From NCBI RefSeq assembly GCF_006345805.1, contig NC_043008.1, positions 1,426,001 through 1,490,000 of the forward strand: a stretch of 64,000 bases of DNA, in the 5' to 3' direction. Below the pieces are notes generated by a model. That model saw only the letters and a program-made list of their open reading frames with translations, did no database searches and had not been told where the DNA came from. A program made the translations under genes and the position numbers. Below, one piece after another: positions 13,501-27,062 of this stretch (positions are counted from its first letter, which is position 1; the number at the start of each line of letters is the position of its first letter). The stretch comes from Octopus sinensis. Taxonomy: Eukaryota.

Positions 13501-14644
13501 ATATATGCGTGTGTGTGTATACACATAGCTGTCCTTTTTATATATGCATATATATGTGTAATATAATTATACTAGAATCTGTGAATACCCCGTGCTTGTG
13601 TATATTTATGCCATTCCCCAAAACGTATCTTTCGATTTGGTAGCGCATGACCTTAAATTCCTTTACAATTTATAGCTTCATTGCCACAATAGATACGAAT
13701 TTTAGTGCATGTCTTACTTTTGCGTATTGTCTTAATTTATACCAATTTATAGATGACTCTATGCATAGACATGCTTATAACAATTTTTATGATTTGGCGC
13801 ATATAATATGAATAAAATCTATAGGGTTTTATTTAGTGAATTATAGATTGCAAACGGTGCTGAAATATTTCAAGATGTGTGCATTGAACGGAGCCTGAGA
13901 AATATCAAATTCATCTCATTGTATCAACAAATTATAACGAACATGATCTATTTCAATTCATACACTTTTGTTTAATCTTGCATAAGAATTATGCTATATT
14001 TCTTAGTTTTCGCTTCTTTAGAGGAGACTATTGCATTCAATGTCTGCAACCAATCGTGATGATTTCAACCATGTGCACTTACTTTATGTTTCTGAAAACT
14101 TTGAGCACATTTTCTCTTGTAATGCATAAAATATACAGTGGTGAGTAATTCCTCACATTGTAAAGTGGATATTTAACACACTAACATTTAACTTTGCTTT
14201 TACTTACAATACATATATCAATAAGTAATAGATATTATATCCATATAGGAATAAATTACATTTGGCCCAAGGTTTATCGAGTGTTTTCTCCTTTTGTTCC
14301 AGCATCAAGATGGTGATAGTGAAGTAAAATAAAAAAGCTGCCTATAAAATTGATGGTGTAATGCGTTGTATTTTGTTGGATTAATCTTCTGTGCAATTAA
14401 ACCAATTCAGCTCCTCTATTTTCCCCAACTAATATTATTAGATATCTATCGTCGCCAGTTGAAATACCACTGCTTCCGAGAAACCTATTTATTTTCATTT
14501 GGAGAATAAGAAATAGAATTAGCGATGTGGATGGTGTCACAATGACTAGCGTATCCATTAATAGTCTCTATAGATTGTAGCTTCAGTCATAATGAGCACA
14601 GTCACTCTATTAAATATAATACCAGCACAGCTTAAACGAACAAT

Positions 14645-14668
14645 GTACATACATACATACACACATAC

Positions 14669-14699
<31 letters not shown>

Positions 14700-14838
14700 C
14701 ATACATACATACACACATACATACATTCATACATACTACATACATACATACATACATACATACTACATACATACATACATACTTACATATATACATACAT
14801 ACATTCATACATACATATATATATATATTAGTATATAT

Positions 14839-14877
<39 letters not shown>

Positions 14878-14925
14878 ATGTATGTTTGTAGGTATGTATG
14901 TATATATATATATATATATATACAT
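14645..14925. repeat. (TACA)n + (TA)n microsatellite
   Basis: Directly visible. Confidence 0.95.
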
Positions 14926-15328
14926 TTTATTTCGGGGATAACATTAACACACGCACGCGCACAAATACACACTGAAACCAAACTGCATATACACAATTAA
15001 CGGCTTTTTAAAAGACCCTTAGAATGCATGAATGCACATACCTGAATTTATTGCTGAGTTTACCAATGATATATCACCACATTGGGATGGAATTGGGTTT
15101 TTTTCTATTAAGTTGTGATCCTGACGAAATGTTCAATTAACTACATTCATTACGAAGCTATATTTCAATTACCTAATTTGAATTAATTGAAAATGAAAAC
15201 GATCGTACGGTGTATTAGTTCGATATTGTTCGAAATTGGATTTGTTTTAATAAATTGATGTTTTCATATGAATTTCTCCATTTTCCTTTTCTGATATATA
15301 TGCATGTATGTATGTGAGTATGGTTGTA

Positions 15329-15329
<1 letters not shown>

Positions 15330-15370
<41 letters not shown>

Positions 15371-16147
15371 TGTGTGTCTGTGTGTGTACACAAATATTGT
15401 TCTTTCTTTGTTTTATATACCCACTCCTGTTCCCCATTTTTTGGGCAGGGGTAGCCACAACAAGACGCACACCAGGCATTCCATTCATTTCTCTGCTCAA
15501 AGAAGCGAGCCCCATTCTATGCTTGGGTGAAGGCATAGAACGCAACCCCCAATATCAGCAGCGGGGCCCGGCAGAGTATGTTGGTTTACCCCCGCCACAT
15601 CATGCTGGTTCCGTACTCCTTTGAGCAAAATCAAATTCGCTCATCCATCCACAAACAATCTCCAAATTTTCTTGTCATATATAAACTCCCTTTTCTTCTC
15701 TTAATTCAACACTTCTAACCACGAAAGCTTCCCTTACTCCGTCCATCCACAGAAACCGAGGTTCGCCCCTGGTTCTGCTGCATTCTGCTTCTGCCTTCAT
15801 CATCCTCCTTACTATCCGCTCCTAATCCATCTTCTCCATGTGGCCAAATCACCTCAAAATTCGACTATCCATTTTGGGTGTTAGTTTTTCTCTCATACCT
15901 GCTCGCTTTCGCACCTCATAATTCCTCATCTTGTCCCTAGACCTCAAACACCACATCTCAAATACATATAGTCACCTCCTTTCCGCCTCTCTCAGCTCCT
16001 ACGTTTCTGCTCTATATAAAATTGTCGGCACGCTCACACTGTCATACACACCCCTTTCGCTTTCATACTCAACCTTTTATCTCTCAGCATAACTTTCACA
16101 ACTCCAAGTATCTTACTCCCCTCCTTAACCACCTCAGCCAAACCCCC
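15330..16147 (-). mobile_element. RTE-clade LINE 3' end (post-RT C-terminus, 3' UTR, (CA)n tail)
   Basis: Minus translation pieces KILGVVKVMLRDKRLSMK, VPTILYRAET, FEMWCLRSRDKMRNYEVRKRAG and RILRWFGHMEKMD match RTE C-terminal motifs (MxCLR; LRWFGHxxRM). Confidence 0.85.
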
Positions 16148-16148
<1 letters not shown>

Positions 16149-16179
<31 letters not shown>

Positions 16180-16184
16180 AATAC

Positions 16185-16227
<43 letters not shown>
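16149..16227. repeat. (TAA)n tract 5' of the Dong element
   Basis: Directly visible. Confidence 0.95.
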
Positions 16228-16228
<1 letters not shown>

Positions 16229-16630
16229 GAGACCATGAAGAAAAAAAAAAATGCTTTCTAATTGATGTATCAGTACCGGCAGATGACAACGTGTCTCTAA
16301 AAGAAATGGAGAAACTCTCAAAATACAAAGACCTGGAAATAGAGGTAACTAGAATGTGGAATCTGAAAACAGAAACAATTCCTATCATAGTAGGTGCATT
16401 AGGCATGATAAAAAAATATTCAGACAAATACATAACAAAAACACCAGGACTTACAAACACATATAACATACAGAAAATTGCACTACTAGGCACTGCACAC
16501 ATCCTACGCAGACCACTTTCCATACAATAACCATCAGAGCATCACAACAAATCACAGCACATACCCAAGGCACACAGAGCTGCGCTCGGTAGTGGAGTGA
16601 AAGCACGCTATAAAAATAAAAATAAAACTA

Positions 16631-16633
<3 letters not shown>
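16228..16633 (+). mobile_element. R4/Dong-clade non-LTR retrotransposon 3' end (restriction-like endonuclease + 3' UTR), 5'-truncated
   Basis: RDHEEK-K.CFLIDVSVPADDNVSLKEMEKLSKYKDLEIEVTRMWNLKTETIPIIVGALG...IQKIALLGTAHILRR matches the RLE C-terminus (E.K..KY, PxxxGAxG); flanked on both sides by (TAA)n. Confidence 0.88.

Positions 16634-16712
<79 letters not shown>
16634..16712. repeat. (AAT)n tract 3' of the Dong element
   Basis: Directly visible. Confidence 0.95.
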
Positions 16713-16713
<1 letters not shown>

Positions 16714-16743
16714 TATATATAATGTATGTATATATTTATGAGT

Positions 16744-16774
<31 letters not shown>

Positions 16775-16777
16775 CAA

Positions 16778-16847
<70 letters not shown>

Positions 16848-17649
16848 GAATAATTTCACACTTATAGTTTACATTGAAGAATATTACTTTTGATATAATT
16901 AACCGTTAAATTTATTTTTAATAACTAATTATTTTCTGTAAGAATGTTTTTGTTTTTATCCTAACGGTATAAATATAAATAACTTTCACAGTATCAGTCT
17001 TGTTTAAGGGTTGTATTTATTCATAGATGGGTGTTAGGGGACAACATACAATGTTTATGGCGTGTGTGTGTTAATTGCGTTAATTGCTAATTAAAGCTAT
17101 AATACTTGCACGTGCAATTAAGAATATGCTTAAATATTTTTGTTTTATAGCGTAACAATTTTTTGTATGGGCGTATGCATTGGAGTGTGTTGTGTGTGGA
17201 TGGGTGCGAGTTTGTGTGTATGTGTGTGCTTCCGTGCCTGGATGGTCAGACAGTCTCCAATGAGGCTGGTGTTGGTATGCATAGAAAATATTTACATTTT
17301 GTAGAAAATTCGATAAAAGCAATACAGAACACGTACCGTCGTGTGGAATGTCCGTTCCTAGTAAAATGTTGGAAGTATCGAAATTAATGTGACAACAGAG
17401 ATATACCTTCTGTAAGCTAAAAAATATAGCTGCACTTAGTAAGGAATATGTGACCACGTGAGCAAAATGTAATAGGAGAGACTGTGAAGATGAAGCAAAG
17501 TCTATTTGAACGACAAAACAGACAAATTTGGGGTTAAATAAATGGAAAAGATGAGATGAGAGACAATTCGAGGATTAAGAAAACGTTTAAAAGTCATCAA
17601 AGCTATCGAATAAGAAGAAAACATATTCATTTAAATTTGTCCCTAATAT

Positions 17650-18600
17650 TGTATCAACTTCGAATCTGAAACGATGTTCCCTCTGTTTACTTGGTCATGT
17701 AGATCTATTGTTGCATCGATGCTACACGCTGGAAAATGGGTGACAAATTGTCCTTTTTATTGAAATGGGTTGCATTTGAGTATACTTCCTAGAGCGTTTA
17801 GCAAATCTTGACTTCTTAACCTAATGAAAAAATTTTGGTAGAGTTTTTATAAAATTCAATATATAAGGTTAGACGATGTGCTACGGGAGTTATGTAGAGT
17901 TTGAAAAGGTGACTTAAATAGCAGGCCGGGGAGCGTGTTTATAAGTGTGGTTCTGAGCATTAGGGAGCTTCTTACTAGATTTCCGTTGTTCATATGATAA
18001 TAAAGGCTAAGAAATGAGGGTTGGGAGATTTTAGAATTGTTGTGGGTCACAATTTAGAATTGGGAGTTTTACTTTCTATAGGAGGAATGGCGGAGAGAAG
18101 GTGAGGAGACATGAATAAATACGCTAGGAAAGCGGTGGTGAAGTCGACGGCCTAGACATAGTTAAGAACCTGGTCAACAACTGACAGAAAGTAAACTCGA
18201 TTCAGAAAGAATTGATGCATTGTTTATAAATAGGTTAGGACAATCAATGCTGCAGAGGCGGCGAAAATTCCCAGACTCTAAAACTGCCTGGGAATCAGTT
18301 GATTTGTAGTTTATAAAGGAATATAGGTGGCTATTGTTTATGGTGTTATTGAGAAGTAAATGAAAATAAGTTTCTGATATGGTGAAGATAAATTCCAAGG
18401 CAGTGTCAAATGCTTTAAAGAGAGAAATAGAAGTGTTGACCAGTTAAGTAGGGGTAGTTTCACCGGCACAGTCGTCAACATGACGATCCTACAGGTCTGG
18501 AATGAATTCACTGAACTGAGCAAAGATTTGTTCTTCAATATGGCCTATAAAGAACGTTGGTATCATTGGGTACTACCATCATTCCCATAGCATTATCATT
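17650..18600 (-). mobile_element. Penelope-like element RT/thumb/linker fragment, decayed
   Basis: Minus: NAMGMMVVPN / GHIEEQIFAQFSEFIPDL*DRHVDDC (the YIDD-equivalent at ~18468-18485), then FDTALEFIFTISET...YKSTDSQ...FRRLCS. Confidence 0.75.
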
Positions 18601-19009
18601 GAATTTTTAAAACAAGTCACATGTGCCACTTTGCCAAACAAGCGACCAAACATTTGTTATGGTTTAAAATTCATTCCGTCTCTATGTCGAGCAATGAATT
18701 AACGAATATCCCTTTCAATGAATTTCATTTTAGAAGCGGAGCATCACAAGAGCTAAGTATTCTCCAAGGTAAATATGGTATTAAGTATTATGTAAAAGGA
18801 CAAACGTGTTGTCTGGTGATAAATAAACAGCCGAGGGCATATTTCTGTGCCAACAGGACTGAAAGCACGAACATCTTGCTTAAGATCACAATTATCTAGA
18901 CTCACACATATTTACCTTTCGGAAATACTTTAACTTTGACCAAAACAATGCATTTCCAAATATTTCCAAAGGTAGCTTCAGGGCAATATAACTGGATGTG
19001 AATCGTAAG

Positions 19010-19140
19010 CGTATCGGACAGTCAGTTCACGGTTCAAATGGTACATATTTTATCGACCTCGTTGTGATGAATCGTAGTTGATCATGATGGATTCAAACTC
19101 AGAAACTAAACCGGAAATACTTCTACTACACTGTTTCTAT
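19010..19140 (-). mobile_element. Decayed SINE fragment (Nin-like)
   Basis: GGTACATATTTTATCGACCTCG...GGATTCAAACTCAGAA (B-box on the minus strand). Confidence 0.55.
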
Positions 19141-19211
19141 GTAGTGGTAATGATTTTGTCTGGTCAATGCACCTTAAGTAGGTGTCTAATAATGACTGAC
19201 AAACAGAAACG

Positions 19212-19267
<56 letters not shown>

Positions 19268-19800
19268 GCACCACTAGACATGTTAATGTACGTAGATAAC
19301 ATTTTATGTGGAAGCAAAATGAGGATAAAATAAATAATATCACTAACAATTGGTAATAACATATTATCTGTTGTTGTACATAAGTTATTTTTTCTCTCTT
19401 CTTGTTTTCACCTATGTTTGACTGTTTGAAGAGTCCATGCGAAAAAACATTGAACGGGTAAAAATAATTTACGGATTTTAAATTTATATACAACATGGCA
19501 CATTAAATATCGAACAGTGAAATAAATATATGATTTTCTAAACATTCGACGGCAACAAATCAAATAGTTTATTGGAAAATGAAAAATATGAAAGAAACAA
19601 GTAAGACAAAAGAAAAAAGAATACAATTTCTGGTATATTTCTTTCAACAGAATTATTTATAAATAATATTCTGTGTTAAATTGCGTTCCAAGTGAGTAGT
19701 CACCGATGCATACATTGAATGAGCACAGGAATTTCTTGCTTTAGTGTATGTGTGTAATGTGGACTATTACCCATATATATTTAATCAGCTGCTTACATAC

Positions 19801-20115
<315 letters not shown>

Positions 20116-20557
20116 ATATGAATGCATGCATGGTGTGTTTGCGTATCATCCTGAGTTTATATGTGAATAAAATATAAAAATATGTAGTATGTTTGCTATT
20201 TTCTTTCTCTGTATTTGCGTTATGTATGTGATTCTATGTGGTTCTATGTGACTCTATGCCGGTGTGTGTGTGTGTCTGTGTGTGTGTTTGTTACTGTGTC
20301 CAAATATTAGCTTTTAGGAATTTATTTATGGCATCGGTTTAATTTGTGAGAATTCATTTTCAAAAATATAAAATATGTTTACGTTGAAGACAAACTTTAA
20401 ATCAAAGCTGGTGTTTATTTTTAGTCTTGAATATGATGGTTATAAAACAAACAACTATATTTTAACTCTTTTTAATGCAAACTATCAACGATTTACCGCT
20501 ACTTTTATAGCAATGGTGAAGATCAGCATGTAATGTGATACAAATTTGAGGTCTTAC

Positions 20558-20615
20558 GGTCGGAATGCCGTTCTCTGACCTCGCGTATGCTCACTAGTAA
20601 ACTTCGTAAGTTTGA
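20558..20615 (-). other. Candidate 58-nt exon (H)
   Basis: ccattgcag|TCAAACTTACG...CATTCCGACC|gtaaga; weak pyrimidine tract. Confidence 0.2.
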
Positions 20616-21212
20616 CTGCAATGGATATGCAACGCTTTTGCTGGTTTGCCTCAAATTTTGAATATTGTAATGGTCCGTATGCAAACGAAATAATATGGAA
20701 GTCCTTTCCAGAAAGTATATACTCTAACCCAGAAATTTTTATACAAGGATTTTGAAGTAATTAAATGAGTTCCTATACTGCAGTATAAACGAGTCTGATT
20801 TACTCCGATTGATACTTACTCTGAAGCGGCCTCATAATATTTGATCCGCGATGTTTTTGTTGTTGTCGAATAAGTCAGGAATGCTTTTATCTTTTGCCTA
20901 ATGAGTGGGGTAATTTCTCACTATCAATATGAATTTTATAATTGTTCAATATTGATCATATAGTTGTACATTTCTTAAAAGACCGATGTTATTTAATATA
21001 ACATGAAAGACTTGGAGAAAAATCTTTATTTTGTGTAGAAGTTAAAAAAAACATTTCCTGTTACATGTTGCGAAGTACATCACTTTTCTATGTTACACAA
21101 AGTCATCTACATCGATCTAATTCTTTTTGTAAAGGAATGTTGACCTCAAATTTAGGCAAAATGCCAGCAATTTCGTATGAGAGGATAAGTCTACTTCATC
21201 GATGCCAATGTT

Positions 21213-21349
21213 TTACTGGTATTTATTTTATCGACCCTGAAAGGATTAGAAGCTGACCTCGACAGAACTGGAACTCATAACGTTAGAAAGGACTAAATAG
21301 CGCTAAGTATTTTGGCCGACGTCTTAATCATTTTGCCAGCTCGCCGCCC
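21213..21349 (-). mobile_element. tRNA-derived SINE (Nin-like), 5' part
   Basis: Minus head GGCGGCGAGCTGGCAAAATGATTAAGA...; body TTTATCGACCCTGAAAGGAT. Confidence 0.8.
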
Positions 21350-21602
21350 TGACATCTTTCAGTATTTTAATATTCTTATTAAACCAAGCTAAGAGAGAAT
21401 CGAATTTATAAAACTAATTCGGTTAGCTCTATAAAGCAACGCGTCTGCATAATGCTCATATTATTAGGGTAACAAACACTACAACAAATACAAAATAATA
21501 CATTGAAGATAATATCTTTGGAACAACATAAAATTATATCTGTTGCTGGCATTGGCAGAAAACTACTAATTCATAATTTATTTTGAAGGTGTCATCTTTT
21601 AC

Positions 21603-21680
21603 CTGATCCACGAAATTAGCACTGTCGACATGTGGTAACTTCTCCTTCTATCGTATTTCTAAGGAATCATATGATTTGAT
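21603..21680 (-). other. Candidate 78-nt exon (I) with stops in all frames
   Basis: ttttttctcctgtcag|ATCAAATC...GTGGATCAG|gtaaaa. Confidence 0.3.
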
Positions 21681-23507
21681 CTGACAGGAGAAAAAAATTT
21701 TTTTAATTATAAAAAGAATTTACAGTTTTAAAAATGCAAATTTTCAGGAAGTGTCATTATTGTTGAAAAACTCCCTAGATGAACGTAGTGGCTTTCACAA
21801 TTATATGTATTATTTTTTGAAACATTTCACAAGATTTGCGTTTTTACAGCTTTTCATTTTCTCGATTGTTTCAATTTACATAATTTTCCAAAATATAAGC
21901 ACTTATCAAGAAAGCAAATGTATTTAGATAGCTTTAATGGATTTACGTATGTGTGGAACAAAATGTGTGAATCAGCGTTTAGTCATTGCTTAAACGAGGC
22001 ATAAAATCAAATGCATTGTACCGTTTTTTTATTTGTCTCATATATTTATTTATAGTTTTCCCCTTATTAAGTATAACAAAAATCGCACAATACGTAACGG
22101 AATATATTTACAATGGTTTTGCATATAACAATGCATTTGAAAATTACCGGGACATCGTACAAACCTACAATAACAAAGACTAACAATGGATATAAAAATA
22201 AACATGTTGGATATAAAAGGAAACATAAAACTAATGACACTATAAGGTTAGTGCTTCTTGTAGGCAATTAACTAGATACTTTTTGTAATTTACAATTTAC
22301 TGTCTAATATTAGACAACGTGATTTTGGACTGCATAAATTTTGGACTGATCTGGTTTTAAAAAAAATAGAGGATGAGAAGCAATCTAACCTGTCGTATTT
22401 ATTAACAAAATGTAATCTAATATGAGCAATCTAAGTTTTTTTACTTAAAGTAAATTGAGATAAAATTTAACGCTTTGTCTTCCCAATGCATTTTATCTCA
22501 TTGCAAGAGTCTTCCAGCCAGTTACGTTCAGATGAGTATTCACACAGATTTCTATAGGGATTGAGCAATGATGTACAGTCATTCTAATTAGGTTCCCTGG
22601 ATTATGTAGGCAGGGATCATTTAAAGCTTCAAAACTACATGTCTTGCAATACATACATACATACATAGATACATACATGCATATATATATATATATATAT
22701 ATATATAATGTGTGTGCGTGTGTGTATGAGTGTGTGTGTGAGAGAGAGCGCGAGATATTATGAGGGATTTAGTTAGTTCCCATGTGATCTAAACGAATTG
22801 GTATGTTGCGCAAGTGTCTTAGTAGGCCGAACGTTAGGTTCCACGATCGCAGCTAAGACTTGATCTTGGGGTTAAAAGGTAAAAGGGTAGATTAAAATAT
22901 GTGACAAATATTTGCTAACGGCTAATAGTTTCGTAACGAAATGCCTTATGAAGATTGGCTCTGAAATATATAATTCTACTCATGTTAATTTTTCTGCAAT
23001 GTTTCAGTGTCACCTGGAATTTATTTAATTAACAAATTGTTTTCTAATTCTTAAAACCCTCGTCTATACACGTGCGCCTTGAATACCAATGTTAATTATC
23101 TAGCCTTAATACTGTACGTACAATTAGAACATCTTAACTATAAGTGTGATAAAACTGCAGACTTAGAAATATATTCTGCCGATATCTGTCATATTTTATC
23201 ACCAGATTTATTATATTTTCGTGAAGACCTCAACCACTTGCAACTCATTGGCTCTCTGCCCTTACAGACCTGACATTTGACTACTGAAGCAGATAATTGC
23301 AAACAAAGTTTTGTGAGTTTCACATAAGCTTTTTAAATTTATTATGCTATATTGTTATTTATAAGTATTTATCTATGAACATATACACCTATATGTGTGT
23401 GAGTGTGTGTGTATGTGTTTGTGTCTGTAAAGTATGAAATTGTCCTGCTTCAACGTAATGATAAATATATCTACCAACCTACACTGGGACAAAGAGTTAC
23501 TTTATGC

Positions 23508-23587
<80 letters not shown>

Positions 23588-24124
23588 TTATCTCTCACAC
23601 ACACTCACTCCCACTCGGTCTACCTTTCTGTGCGTATATGCATGTCTACATATTGTAGTTAAGTAATTACCAATTCACATACTATATACAATACTTACTT
23701 TCGGCAGCAGTGTAGAGAATTATTTGTGGAAACACCTATATATATTAGAAATATATATTTATTAAATCAAGTCTGAAATATAAAGTGTAATACATATTAT
23801 ACATACTCATGCATAAAAGCAAATACATGAAATCGAGAAAATATTTCTGCTAATGTAAATAATTACATCTGGAGTGTTGCAGAATAGGTTGTCTCAGATT
23901 AAATGCTTTGAAATTCAATGAGTTTCATAAAAGACAAATCGATTGCCGGATACTTCAGGAATATGTATCTCAAATACATCTATAGCATCTTGTATAAACA
24001 CAGACACATTGTACAACTCATCCGTGTATGCATTACTCACTCGTGTACATCACTTTGGCATCTCGTGTGGATTCTCAGAAAATCAGCTGCTTTTCTCACC
24101 TTGTAAAGAATAGGAATATTGATA

Positions 24125-25060
24125 AAATTTTGAATTTGAATCACTGCTCAAGATTAAAAGTCCATATATTCAATTTACAATGGAGCAAAGCAAAGAGCAA
24201 CTCCGTTCCTTGAGATATTGATAAATTGTCAACAATCAAATTGAAAACCGAAACGTATTAAAATAAATATTCCCTCCAATTTAGCGAAAAGCATTTGCAC
24301 AATCGTTTCAGAAGCAAATACACGAACTCTTGCCTTCATTAACTTAAAATGATACAAGTCGAGAGACCCTATCTGCCCTCGCTAATAGTTGATGGTATTA
24401 AACGTGCGAAGAAAAGAGATATCAAAACACTAACGGAAACAAACCAAATTACATCATCTACAAATATTACCTTTTATATCGACAGCCTTCAAAACAATGA
24501 GGCATTTAACAACATAATTCAAAATATACCCATGCTTACTAGGATCCTAAAATGAAGCTTCTTCTACAAACTAACAAATTCGTCAAAAGTGAAATTAACG
24601 TAAATAAATAAATAGAATATTGAGAAATGCAAAATTATACCCTACAACGGAACCAAGTGTTAAAAGATGCAGATGTCCTAAATGTGGAATATGCCCCAAC
24701 CTACTGGAAAATCGGAATTCCAATTCAAACAAGGTCTAATCCACAAATAAGACTGAATTAACTTACGCATCAGATAATTTGATTTGCGATATTTTTTCAG
24801 GGTGTGGACACATGCACACAGGCAAAACGTGGATGTCACTTACATGGAGAACTACAATTCATAAGGGACAGATTCAACTCCTAATGCCATTGAGAGGGGA
24901 ATCTCCAAACAAAATTCACGGTTTTACCATTTTGCTATGTCAAAGTAATTATTTCTATACAACAACAATTAAATAAATAAAATATATTTATTGGAAAAGA
25001 CAAACCATATCTCAATATAAACACGTAACCAATTTTGGATTTTGTAAATATTTTAATTCA
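24125..25060 (+). mobile_element. Penelope-like element 3' half (thumb, linker, GIY-YIG), decayed
   Basis: Pieces SPYIQFTMEQSKEQL, NIPSNLAKSICTIVSE, YLPSLIVDGIKRAKKRD and ICDIFSGCGHMHTGKTWMSLTWRTTIHKGQI (degenerate IY.I.C.GC...YIG.T...L..R...H). Confidence 0.75.
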
Positions 25061-25479
25061 TAAACACATAACCAAACACATTGTAATTCATAAATTAATA
25101 ACTTCGCATAACAGATACTAATCAGTCACCACCTGTCTGTAATAATACAAGTCATTAATTAGATTTATTTAGCTACTGATTCATTTCCGAAAAAAATTTC
25201 CTGCGACTAACATGGACTGAAAGCTTATTAAATTAAACTTAAATTATAATATTCTCATTAGTTTCTTAGTATTTATATTTAGATTTATCATGGAGCTGTG
25301 AGGTATACGTTCAAATTGAGGTGGACAGTGGTTGGAAGGAAGGCGTGATAATAGTAGTAGTTACGGTTGTAGCAGTAGAATATTACGGGAATGAAGATGA
25401 TGATGATGATGGGTCAGTTGTAGTATTCAGACAAAATGAAGAATGTGGAAAGCTGGACAGTGAGGGGCTTTTCATTGCT

Positions 25480-26690
25480 GAATTTAATAGGCCATCAACG
25501 GTCTCTTGCTCAATTTGAACATGACCTTATGAATTTGATTAAACGGTTGAAATTCTCCAAATACATGAATCCTTTCCAAAAATTCTTGTCTGATGATATA
25601 TCCGCAATAAAATCATCTCCTGATTTGCACGTCCCATCGGATAAAACCGGAGACATATATTTTGTACCGCCGAAGATTTATAATGACTTGATCCTGAAGG
25701 AGTTAAACTCTGGTTATAAACATGCAAGCAAAAATGCAGTGGATAGGATTAATGACGCTCAGAAATCATCTCTGTTTTGTGCCTCATTGGGAGAACCCAG
25801 ACATATGCTGCAAAAACCCCACATGGCCTCTTGAAGGTCCCTAAGTCTTTTTTTTATCAAATCCTTCGATTAGATTGATCTACCCGACCAAATCTGATTT
25901 GGGTAGAATCAGTAAATATTTTATCGATCGTATTATTCCCATTGTGAAGGATAAGGTTCAACTTCCCTAATGGAAATTTACTGGGCATGTTATCCTATAG
26001 TTGGAGTCCCTTAAGAATAAATATGTTTTAGAGGTTTTTGCAATTTGATATCTCGAATTATTATAAATCTGTATCCCTTATATTGCTCAATAAAGCTTTG
26101 AGTTTTGCCCGTAAATTTGCGGATATGCCCATTGATGTAATATTAGCGGCATGGGAGACTCTCATCCCCCACAACGAGCGTGATTGGCAGATAGTTAATT
26201 CCACCAATTTCTACGATATAACCATCAGGACATGTGATTCTGCAAAGTGGGCCTATACCTCCTTTCGCAGATTAAGTATAGGTTTCTTCTCCTCACTTGG
26301 TTACTGTATAGGCATAATGCACTTCTCGATGTACATAGCCAGTCTAAAACTGTATTGAATATATTGAGGAAATGCCTCGGAAGCTTCTGGAAATATTTCT
26401 TTAATCTTAAGATTATCTTTGATGTTAACTCCATAGTGGTGAATCTCCCGGACGTTATATTGTGTTTGGATACGTGTTTACACGACCGATTTCGTAAGCT
26501 AAACAAATCCATATCATATATCAATGTATCGTCCAATCACACTAAATCCACTATTGATAGCATCTTTACCGCTATTTCGATTAGAATCTCTAATTTATCC
26601 GCAAATGAAGAGATTTTCGATCAACATGCGCCAGTGCTCGACAACGCACTTGAGCTGAGCTGAGCCGAGCCGAGCTTCAAAAGAATAAAT
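25480..26690 (+). mobile_element. Penelope-like element RT region of a second lineage (possibly Nematis-like), frameshifted
   Basis: LIKRLKFSKYMNPFQKFLSDDISAIKSSPDLHVPSDKTGDIY; QFDISNYYKSVSLILLNKALSFA; GLYLLSQI...LYRHNAL (decayed LYRDDGL); YINVSSNHTKSTIDSI..AISIRISNLSANEEIFDQHAPV. Confidence 0.8.
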
Positions 26691-26771
26691 CTTGTGGTCT
26701 ATTTATTCGAATAAAGGTGGTGCTTCAGCATAGCCACAGTGAAATTGCTGAAATTATTTAAATAATATATC

Positions 26772-26855
<84 letters not shown>

Positions 26856-26899
26856 GTTATTCTTCTACTTGTACGTCATCGTTTTGTGCTATAGGCTGA

Positions 26900-27062
26900 G
26901 AAAAAACGACTAATCGACGCATCCAGTGCTCAACTGCTAATTATTTTATCCAACCCATCTCTACGTAAGACCATGTGGACCCAACTGGTATTTGAACTCA
27001 GAATGAAAGGCCGGAAGAAAGCCGCGAAGCGTTTTGTCCAACGTTCTTAAATTCCACCACAG
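26900..27062 (-). mobile_element. Decayed SINE (Nin-like)
   Basis: TAATCGACGCATCCAGTGCTCAACTG...ATTTGAACTCAGAATGAAAGG. Confidence 0.65.

Noticed and set aside
20540-20660. Short inverted repeat AAATTTGAGG/CCTCAAATTT flanking candidate exon H
   Set aside because: Only ~10-11 bp, within chance expectation.
24098-24118. Additional AG|GT recursive-like sites (minus 24098-24101, minus 4649-4652, plus ~28800)
   Set aside because: Non-YAG acceptor or weak donor; expected by chance in AT-rich DNA.
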